32,000 bases of DNA, taken from NCBI RefSeq assembly GCF_000023205.1, contig NC_012803.1, positions 1,260,001 to 1,292,000 of the forward strand, given 5' to 3'. Both the position numbers and the translations under genes were made by a program. This DNA is from Micrococcus luteus NCTC 2665 (GTDB lineage: Bacteria; Actinomycetota; Actinomycetes; Actinomycetales; Micrococcaceae). The stretch's first letter is position 1, and each line of letters opens with the position of its first letter. This document shows positions 25,484 through 32,000 of the stretch, piece after piece. The notes under the pieces are model-generated. The model saw only the letters and a list, made by a program, of their open reading frames with translations. It had not been told where the DNA came from and did no database searches.

Positions 25484-26874
25484 CCGACGCGGACCGCGCC
25501 CGCCGGATCTTCGGGCTGGAGACGGAGTACGGCGTCCAGCACTGGAACCCGGAGGGGCGCCCGCTGAGCCCCGAAGAGGTCGTCCGCTACCTCTTCCGGC
25601 CCGTGGTCGAGTGGGGGAGGTCCTCGAACGTGTTCGTGGCCAACGGCTCCCGGCTCTATCTCGACGTCGGCTCCCACCCGGAGTACGCGACCGCCGAGTG
25701 CTCGACGCTCGACGAGCTCATCGCCTCGGACGGGGCGGGGGACCTGCTGCTGCACGACCTCGTGGTCCAGGCCGAGGAGCGCATGGCCGCGGACGGGGTC
25801 GGCGGCCGGATCCACCTCTACCGCAACAACGCCGACTCCTCGGGCAGTTCCTACGGCTCCCACGAGAACTACCTGCTGCGCCGGCGCACCGAGTACCGGC
25901 GGCTCACCGAGGCGCTCGTCCCGTTCCTCGTCTCCCGGCAGATCCTCGTGGGCGCGGGCCGCGTCGTGCCCGCCGGCACGTGGCCCGAGGGTGAGGGCCC
26001 GGCCCACTTCGCGTTCTCCCAGCGCGCCGACTTCGTGCAGGACGGCGTGTCCTCCTCCACCACGCGGTCCCGGCCGATCATCAACACGCGGGACGAGCCG
26101 CACGCGGACGCCTCCGAGTACCGGCGGCTCCACGTGATCGTGGGGGACACGAACCTCTCCGAGCACACCCACCTGCTGCGCTTCGGCGCCACCGACCTGC
26201 TGCTGCGGATGATCGAGGCGGGCTTCCCGCTCGGGGACCGCGTCGTCGCCCACCCCACCCGTGCGGTGCGGCAGATCTCCCACGACCTCACCGGCACGGC
26301 CCGCATCGCGCTCCGGGAGGGGGAGGCCTCCGCACTCGAGCTGCAGGAGCACTACCTCGAGCGGGCCCGCGCCTTCGTCGCCGCGGAGGGTGCCCACCAC
26401 GACCGGGTGGGGGAGATCCTCACCCTGTGGGGCGAGGTGCTCGACGCCGTCCGCACCGGTGACCGGTCCCGCATCGAGGACCGCATCGACTGGGCGATCA
26501 AGCTGCGCCTGCTGGAGGACTACCGGGCCCGCCACGACCTGGGCTGGGACGCGCCCCGCCTCGCCCAGCTGGACCTGGCCTTCCACGACATCGACCCCGA
26601 CCGGGGGCTGTTCCGCCTGCTGCTGCGGCGCGGCGCCGTCGCGCGCCTGCTGCCCGAGGACGCCGCCCGGTCCGCCGTGGAGACCGCCCCGCCCACCACC
26701 CGGGCCCGCGTGCGCGCGGACTTCGTGGCCCGCGCCCGGGAGCGCGGCCTGGACTACGCCGTCGACTGGACGACCCTGAAGCTCACCGACCATCCGCTGC
26801 ACGCGATCGTGACGAAGGACCCGTTCGACACGTCGTCGGCCGCCGTCGACCGGCTGTTCGGGCGAATCGCCTGA
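25480..26874 (+). CDS. pafA: Pup--protein ligase PafA
   Basis: 464 aa with RRIFGLETEYGV, YLDVGSHPEYATAEC, GSHENYL and HVIVGDTN. The GTG start overlaps the pup stop (GTGA at 25480-25483). Confidence 0.95.
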   Translation: MTDADRARRIFGLETEYGVQHWNPEGRPLSPEEVVRYLFRPVVEWGRSSNVFVANGSRLYLDVGSHPEYATAECSTLDELIASDGAGDLLLHDLVVQAEERMAADGVGGRIHLYRNNADSSGSSYGSHENYLLRRRTEYRRLTEALVPFLVSRQILVGAGRVVPAGTWPEGEGPAHFAFSQRADFVQDGVSSSTTRSRPIINTRDEPHADASEYRRLHVIVGDTNLSEHTHLLRFGATDLLLRMIEAGFPLGDRVVAHPTRAVRQISHDLTGTARIALREGEASALELQEHYLERARAFVAAEGAHHDRVGEILTLWGEVLDAVRTGDRSRIEDRIDWAIKLRLLEDYRARHDLGWDAPRLAQLDLAFHDIDPDRGLFRLLLRRGAVARLLPEDAARSAVETAPPTTRARVRADFVARARERGLDYAVDWTTLKLTDHPLHAIVTKDPFDTSSAAVDRLFGRIA

Positions 26875-26911
26875 CAGCGCACGCCCAGGACGCGCCGTTA
26901 GGGTGACACGC

Positions 26912-28003
26912 ATGAGTTCGTTCGAGACCCCCCAGCCCCCGACGGCCCGCCGCCGTCGCCGCCTGCTGCCGCTGCTGTCGCTCGGCGCCGCGGGCCTGAT
27001 GCTGGCCACCGCCTGCGCCACCGGCGACGACGGCGCGGACCAGCCCCCCAGCGACACCGCGTCGGCCTCCACGTCGGCCGCCCCCGAGCGGGCGGCCGTC
27101 AGCGAGGGCCAGGGGGAGCCGGACGCCCTGGCGGGCGTCACCTTCACGGAGGGCGACGGCGGGGCGCCGACGGTCGAGATCGACGGGGAGATCGACACCG
27201 ACCAGCCCACCACGCGCGTGCTGACCGCCGGCGAGGGGGAGCAGGTGCAGGAGGGCGACGTCCTGCAGATGTCGATCGCCGTCGTCGATCCGGCCAGCGG
27301 CGAGGTGGTCGCCGAGAACTTCAGCGGCGAACCGGAGGCCGTGCCCGTGGACGACCAGCTCAAGTCCATGAACCCGGAGATCCACGAGATGCTGGTGGGC
27401 AACGGTGCGGGCACGATCGTCGCCGCGTACAGCCCCGAGTACGACGTCTCCGTCCCGCAGACCGAGAGCGCGTCGCCGAGCGCCTCCCCCTCCACGCAGA
27501 CTGAGCCCGCCCAGCTGTTCGTCTACAAGATCGACGCCATCCTGCCGAAGCAGGCCGAGGGCGAGGAGGTGACCGAGCGGGACGAGCGCCTGCCCGACGT
27601 CACCGTGGACGAGCAGAGCGGCCGGCCGAGCATCGCGACGCCCGACGGCGAGGCGCCCCAGGACCTGGTGGTCCAGCCCCTGATCGAGGGCGAGGGCCGC
27701 GAGGTCGGTGCGGACGACACCGTGACCGTGCAGTACGAGGGCGTGAAGTGGTCCGACGGTGAGGTCTTCGACTCATCCTGGGAGACGGGTCAGGCGATCA
27801 CGTTCTCCCTCAACCAGGTCATCGAGGGCTGGAAGGAGGGCCTGGCCGGCCAGAAGGTGGGCTCGCGCGTCCTCCTGTCGATCCCGGCCGAGAAGGCCTA
27901 CGGTGAGCAGGGCAAGCCGCCGGCCATCGGCGAGAACGAGCCCCTGCTGTTCGTGGTGGACATCCTGGACGCCCAGGCGCCCGCCACCGAGTCGGCGAAC
28001 TGA
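26912..28003 (+). CDS. FKBP-type peptidyl-prolyl cis-trans isomerase, predicted secreted lipoprotein with an Arg-rich (Tat-like) signal peptide
   Basis: The signal is TARRRRRLLPLLSLGAAGLMLATAC (lipobox-like ATAC). The C-terminal FKBP domain reads VTVQYEGVKWSDGEVFDSSW...VIEGWKEGLAGQKVGSRV...LLFVVDIL. ATG 26912 was chosen, with GTG 26903 as an alternative. Confidence 0.85.
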   Translation: MSSFETPQPPTARRRRRLLPLLSLGAAGLMLATACATGDDGADQPPSDTASASTSAAPERAAVSEGQGEPDALAGVTFTEGDGGAPTVEIDGEIDTDQPTTRVLTAGEGEQVQEGDVLQMSIAVVDPASGEVVAENFSGEPEAVPVDDQLKSMNPEIHEMLVGNGAGTIVAAYSPEYDVSVPQTESASPSASPSTQTEPAQLFVYKIDAILPKQAEGEEVTERDERLPDVTVDEQSGRPSIATPDGEAPQDLVVQPLIEGEGREVGADDTVTVQYEGVKWSDGEVFDSSWETGQAITFSLNQVIEGWKEGLAGQKVGSRVLLSIPAEKAYGEQGKPPAIGENEPLLFVVDILDAQAPATESAN

Positions 28004-28035
28004 CCCCGTCCACGAGAACCCACGAGGAGAGCACC

Positions 28036-28431
28036 GTGTCCTTCGGACAGCGCGACTACGACCGCACCAAGCCCGAGATCGACTTCCCGGGCGAGACCCC
28101 GCCCACCGAGCTCGTGGTGGAGGACCTGATCGAGGGCTCCGGCCCGGCCGTCGAGGCCGGGTCCCGCGTGCAGGTCCACTACGTGGGCGTGGCCTGGTCC
28201 ACCGGCGAGGAGTTCGACGCCTCGTGGAACCGGGGCACCCCGCTGCCCCTGACCGTCGGCGTCGGCCAGGTCATCGCCGGCTGGGACCAGGGCCTGCTCG
28301 GCATGAAGGTCGGCGGCCGTCGCCGCCTCGAGATCCCGCCGCACCTGGGCTACGGCGCCCGCGGCGCCGGCTCCGCCATCGGGCCGAACGAGACGCTCAT
28401 CTTCGTCTGCGACCTCGTCTCGGTCGACTGA
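28036..28431 (+). CDS. FKBP-type peptidyl-prolyl cis-trans isomerase (cytoplasmic)
   Basis: 131 aa with VQVHYVGVAWSTGEEFDASW, VIAGWDQGLLGMKVGGRRRL and LIFVCDLV. GAGGAG lies 6 nt before the GTG. Confidence 0.9.
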   Translation: MSFGQRDYDRTKPEIDFPGETPPTELVVEDLIEGSGPAVEAGSRVQVHYVGVAWSTGEEFDASWNRGTPLPLTVGVGQVIAGWDQGLLGMKVGGRRRLEIPPHLGYGARGAGSAIGPNETLIFVCDLVSVD

Positions 28432-28442
28432 CCCCGGGCCCC

Positions 28443-30542
28443 GTGACCCCATCCGCCCCGCGGCGCGCCGGCGACGAGGCCGCCGAGCGCATCATCTCGC
28501 TGCTGTGGCTGCTGCTCTCGGCCCCGCACGGCCTCGAGCGTGACCGGATCCGACGGCAGGTCGTCGGCTATGAGGGGCTTACGGACACCGCCTTCGAGAA
28601 GCTCTTCCAGCGGGACCGACGCGTGCTGCGCGCCGTGGGGGTCCCGCTGGAGACGCTCGAGCCCGCGGGTTTCGACGAGGGCGAGGCGGGGGTGCGGCAC
28701 CGCGTCGTCCGCGACGCGCTGCTGCTGCGCGACCTCGACCTGACCGTGGACGAGCGCCGCGCCCTCGTGCGGGCGCGACGCCTGTGGGGCGACTCGCCGC
28801 TGCGCGCCGACGTCGTCCGCGCCGTGGGACTGCTGTTCCAGCCGGCCACCGACCTCACGGGCGACGACGAGCTGGCCGGGTACCACACCCTCATGCCCCG
28901 GGCCGACCCCCGGCTCGAGGCCCTCACCCAGGCCGTGGCCGACGAGGCCGTGCTGCGCTTCCCCTACCGCGACGCGCGCGGGCGGACCACCCGGCGCACC
29001 GTGCGGGCTTGGTTCCTCACCCTCGTGCGCGGCCGCTGGTACCTCACCGGCTGGGACCTCGACCGCGCCGCCGAGCGAAGCTTCCGGCTCACCCGGATGG
29101 AGGGGGAGCCGCGCCGCCTCGAGCGGGCGACGGACGCCCCCGGCCGTCCCGAGGACCACGACCATGCCGACCTCGTGGCACGCCTGGCCGGACAGGCCGA
29201 CGCCGAGCGGGTCCGCGTGTGGCTCGCGCCCGGCCGGGGCCAGGGCGTCCGCGCGGTCGGTGAGCCCGCCGAGCCCCGCGTCGAGGACGGCGCCGCACCC
29301 GGACCCGGCTGGGAGCTCTGGGAGGCCCCGGCCGGGCCGCGCGAGGACGGCCTCGCCGCGGAGATCTGCGGCCTGCTGGGCCGCGCCGTGCCCTCGGCCG
29401 CGTACCCGGACCGGACGGACCGCGTCCGCGCGGGCCTGGCCGCCGCGGCGGCCGCCCACGCCGGCCCCGCCGACCCGGCCCTGCTCGAGGTCCCGCTCGC
29501 CGCGCCCGTCCGGCGTCGCGCCCGCGAATCGAGCGAGGACCTCGTGGGCCGCCTGCTGGACATCGTGGGGCTGGCCAACCGGGCCGGCGGGGTGGACCGG
29601 GCGGAGCTGCGCGCGCGTCTCGGGATCACCGACGAGCGCCTCGACGCCGACCTCGAGACGCTGCGCTACTGCGGCATGCCCGAGCGCGACTTCCCCGGCT
29701 TCCAGTTCGAGGTGGCGGAGGTGGCCGGCCGCGTCCACGTGGAGCGCGCCGCCGACCTGGCCGGTCCCGTGCGGCTGACGCGCCCCGAGGCGCACAGCCT
29801 CGTCGCCGCCCTGCAGACGGTCGCGGACCTGCCGGTGCTGGACGAGGCCGACCGGGAGGCCGCCCGCTCCGCCCAGCGCCGGATCCGCGCCGCGGTCCTG
29901 GACGCGGGGGCCCCGGACGCGGACGACGCGGACGACGCCGCCCTCCAGGAGGCCGAGGCGCACACCGCCGGCGAGCCCCCGGTCGCCGTCGCCGCCCACT
30001 GGGACGTGGCCGTGGACCCCGCGACGGTGCGCACCCTGTTGGCCGCCGTGGCGGAGCGGTCCGTGGTCCATCTGACCTATCGCTCCGTGCACGCGGATGC
30101 CCTCACCGAGCGGGACGTGGAGCCGCTCGCCCTCGTGCAGGACGGGGTTCGCCTCTACCTGCAGGCGTGGTGCCGCCGCGCCGAGGACCACCGGGTGTTC
30201 CGGGTGGACCGAATCAGCGCGCCCGCACCCACGGGGGAGACGTTCGCGCCCCGGGCTCGGCCCGCGCGCTGGCGGGTCCATCCCGGAGACGCCGCGGGCG
30301 TGCCGGCACTGCTGCGCTGGGCGCACCCCGTCCGCGACGCGGCCGACGGCTACCGCCCGGAGGCCCAGACCGACCTGCCCGACGGCGACCGTCTCACGCG
30401 GGTGCGCCTGACCGACGCCGGCGTGGCCGCCGCGCTGGTCGGACGCCACGGCGGCGCCGTCGAGGTGCTGGCCCCCGCCGACCTCCGGACGTCTGTGGCG
30501 GACGCGCTGGCCGGTGCCCTCACCGCCCTGCCGGCGCGGTAG
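28443..30542 (+). CDS. pafBC: PafBC, a natural single-chain fusion of the PafB and PafC HTH-WYL transcriptional regulators
   Basis: 699 codons with two tandem HTH...WYL units. Unit 1 includes AERIISLLWLL and RGRWYLTGWD. Unit 2 includes LVGRLLDIVGLANRAGG, LETLRYCGMP and VRLYLQAWC. No stop separates them. Synteny is pafA-(fkbP)-pafBC-tatA-tatC. The GTG start at 28443 lacks a clear SD. Confidence 0.88.
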   Translation: MTPSAPRRAGDEAAERIISLLWLLLSAPHGLERDRIRRQVVGYEGLTDTAFEKLFQRDRRVLRAVGVPLETLEPAGFDEGEAGVRHRVVRDALLLRDLDLTVDERRALVRARRLWGDSPLRADVVRAVGLLFQPATDLTGDDELAGYHTLMPRADPRLEALTQAVADEAVLRFPYRDARGRTTRRTVRAWFLTLVRGRWYLTGWDLDRAAERSFRLTRMEGEPRRLERATDAPGRPEDHDHADLVARLAGQADAERVRVWLAPGRGQGVRAVGEPAEPRVEDGAAPGPGWELWEAPAGPREDGLAAEICGLLGRAVPSAAYPDRTDRVRAGLAAAAAAHAGPADPALLEVPLAAPVRRRARESSEDLVGRLLDIVGLANRAGGVDRAELRARLGITDERLDADLETLRYCGMPERDFPGFQFEVAEVAGRVHVERAADLAGPVRLTRPEAHSLVAALQTVADLPVLDEADREAARSAQRRIRAAVLDAGAPDADDADDAALQEAEAHTAGEPPVAVAAHWDVAVDPATVRTLLAAVAERSVVHLTYRSVHADALTERDVEPLALVQDGVRLYLQAWCRRAEDHRVFRVDRISAPAPTGETFAPRARPARWRVHPGDAAGVPALLRWAHPVRDAADGYRPEAQTDLPDGDRLTRVRLTDAGVAAALVGRHGGAVEVLAPADLRTSVADALAGALTALPAR

Positions 30543-30580
30543 CCTGTATGTCAGCACACCCGTCGAAAGGAACCTTCATC

Positions 30581-30838
30581 ATGGCTGGACTCCAGGGCTG
30601 GCAGCTCGTCATCATCATCCTGCTCGCGATCCTGCTCTTCGCGGCGCCGAAGCTGCCCGCAATGGCCCGCAATCTCGGCCAGTCGATGCGCATTTTCTCC
30701 TCCGAGGTGAAGCAGATGCGCACGGAGGGCAAAGACGCGAAGGATGAGCGCTCGGGCACCGGCTCCACCGCCGCGGACGAGCCGGTCGAGGGCCGCGTCG
30801 TCGATCGCGACGAGACCGACCCGCGCGACCAGCGCTGA
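30581..30838 (+). CDS. tatA: twin-arginine translocase subunit TatA/E
   Basis: 85 aa. A single TM segment plus amphipathic helix, WQLVIIILLAILLFAAPKLPAMARNLGQSMRIF. GAAAGGAA lies upstream. Confidence 0.92.
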   Translation: MAGLQGWQLVIIILLAILLFAAPKLPAMARNLGQSMRIFSSEVKQMRTEGKDAKDERSGTGSTAADEPVEGRVVDRDETDPRDQR

Positions 30839-30858
30839 GCCGGAAGGACCCCCACCCG

Positions 30859-31716
30859 ATGACCGAGGTCGACGAGGTCGCCCGCCGCACCCGACGCCGC
30901 CGGAAGCGCCGAGACAACCCCACCGGCGAGATGCCGCTGCGCGAGCACCTCACCGAGATGCGCAACCGGCTGCTGAAGTCGGGACTCGCCGTCGCGCTCG
31001 GCATGGTGGTCGGCTTCCTCGTCTACCAGCCGGTCATGGCGGAGCTGTTCCGCCCGGTCAAGGAGATCGCCAACCAGGGACACACGGCGGCCGTCGCCTA
31101 TGACACGGTGGCCTCACCGTTCGATCTCATGCTCAAGGTCAGCATGTTCATCGGGCTCATCCTGTCCAGCCCGGTCTGGCTCTACCAGATCTGGGCGTTC
31201 ATCGTGCCGGGTCTGAAGAAGGCAGAGAAGAAGTACGCCCTGGGCTTCATCGCCGCGGCGGTGCCCCTGTTCCTCTTCGGCATCGCGCTGGGTTGGTTCG
31301 TGATGCCGCAGGCCGTCCAGTTCTTCGTGGGCTTCACCCCCGAGGGCGGCGCGAACCTCCCGACGGCGTCCGTGTACATCAGCTTCGTCACGCGTCTCTA
31401 CCTCGCGTTCGGTGTGGCCATGGTCTTGCCCGTGCTGCTGGTGGGTCTGAACATGCTCGGCGTCCTGCCGGGGCGGACGATCGTGAAGCACTGGCGGATC
31501 ACCGTGTTCATCGTCATGCTTGTCGCGGCGATCGCCGCCCCCGGGTCGGACGCCATCTCCATGTTCTACATGGCTGTGCCGCTCGTCATCCTCTTCGGCG
31601 TGGCCATCATCCTGTGTCTGTGGGGCGACCGTCGTCGTGACCGCCGGAAGGGCCAGCGCGAGACAGACATCGAGGCGGAGCTCGCCGCGGGCCCGAAGCC
31701 GCTCGACGAGATCTGA
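30859..31716 (+). CDS. tatC: twin-arginine translocase subunit TatC
   Basis: 285 aa with six predicted TM segments. The N-terminus MPLREHLTEMRNRLLKS is typical of TatC, as is the internal PGLKKAEKKY loop. Confidence 0.95.
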   Translation: MTEVDEVARRTRRRRKRRDNPTGEMPLREHLTEMRNRLLKSGLAVALGMVVGFLVYQPVMAELFRPVKEIANQGHTAAVAYDTVASPFDLMLKVSMFIGLILSSPVWLYQIWAFIVPGLKKAEKKYALGFIAAAVPLFLFGIALGWFVMPQAVQFFVGFTPEGGANLPTASVYISFVTRLYLAFGVAMVLPVLLVGLNMLGVLPGRTIVKHWRITVFIVMLVAAIAAPGSDAISMFYMAVPLVILFGVAIILCLWGDRRRDRRKGQRETDIEAELAAGPKPLDEI

Positions 31717-31790
31717 ACGGCGTCCGCCGCGACCCTCCCGCCCAGACACACGACCGGGCCGGCGTCCGGACCCGCCAGTAGGGTGGGGCC

Positions 31791-32000
31791 ATGGCCCACG
31801 ATCCCGCGTCCGCGACCCCGCACGACGAGCCCGAGCTGAGCCCGGCGGAGCGCTACGCCCGCGCCCGAGCTGCCCGGCAGCATGCCGGCTCCGAGCTCGG
31901 ACGGTTCGCCGCACGCCAGGGCTTCCCCCTCGACGACTTCCAGCGCCGCGCGTGCGCCGAGGTGGAGGACGGCCACGGCGTCCTCGTCGCGGCACCCACC
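31791..32000 (+). CDS. helY: DEAD/DEAH-box (Ski2-like, HelY-type) helicase, N-terminal fragment; continues beyond the window
   Basis: Translated by hand as MAHDPAS...GFPLDDFQRRACAEVEDGHGVLVAAPT, running into Walker A. The position after tatC matches M. tuberculosis helY (Rv2092c). It is absent from the ORF track because there is no stop inside the window. Confidence 0.75.
   Translation, partial: MAHDPASATPHDEPELSPAERYARARAARQHAGSELGRFAARQGFPLDDFQRRACAEVEDGHGVLVAAPT

Noticed and set aside
25483-25484. Search for prcB/prcA between pup and pafA
   Set aside because: There is no space, because pup and pafA overlap by 4 bp. No ORF in any frame of the window shows proteasome subunit motifs. Absence from the rest of the genome cannot be judged from this window.
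25168-27495. Upstream 776 codons of the 930-aa minus-strand ORF 24703..27495
   Set aside because: This part is antisense to pup, pafA and the FKBP lipoprotein gene, all of which have unmistakable family motifs. Only the terminal 154 codons (24703-25167, the DenV-like glycosylase) look like a real protein.
27759-28442. N-terminal 228 codons of the 927-aa ORF 27759..30542
   Set aside because: It overlaps both FKBP genes in another frame. The PafB-like sequence begins only after the GTG at 28443.
1-32000. CRISPR arrays, rRNA genes, prophage or defence-island signatures
   Set aside because: I saw no regularly spaced direct repeats, rRNA-like sequence, integrase or phage structural genes, or nuclease/NTPase defence-type genes. 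The only mobile DNA is the single ISL3 element.

Overview
Very GC-rich actinobacterial chromosomal DNA; GC content was judged by eye and not computed. Gene order resembles the conserved helY-tatCA-pafCBA...pup-dop-mpa...trmI...mshC...uppP region of M. tuberculosis (Rv2092c-Rv2141c) in compact form. A naturally fused PafBC suggests a Micrococcales-like organism. Left to right: the 3' end of a GlgA/GlgM-type GT4 glucan synthase; a TetR-acyl-CoA oxidase operon divergent from a thiolase / FabG4-like reductase / HtdX-like hydratase operon; one 1152-codon frame joining a full-length MalQ to a full-length MshA-like glycosyltransferase; tRNA-Leu(GAG); M20 peptidase; DUF5703 protein; a small acidic protein; uppP; mshC; PAC2-family protein; HAD hydrolase; M50 protease; trmI; arc; dop; a minus-strand insert (T4-endoV-like pyrimidine-dimer glycosylase plus an FTCD_C-like cyclodeaminase gene split by an intact ISL3-family IS with an 8-bp target duplication); pup; pafA; two FKBP isomerases; fused pafBC; tatA; tatC; and the 5' end of a HelY-like helicase. 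No prcB/prcA proteasome genes lie in the locus, because the pup stop overlaps the pafA start. The ARC ATPase also lacks the C-terminal GQYL docking motif. This is mostly core, syntenic DNA, and I see no CRISPR array, prophage or recognisable defence island. The points most worth a second look are the MalQ-MshA fusion, the proteasome-less and rearranged Pup locus, and the recent IS insertion. Many very long ORFs in the track are stop-free shadow frames typical of high-GC DNA and were rejected. Coordinates include stop codons.
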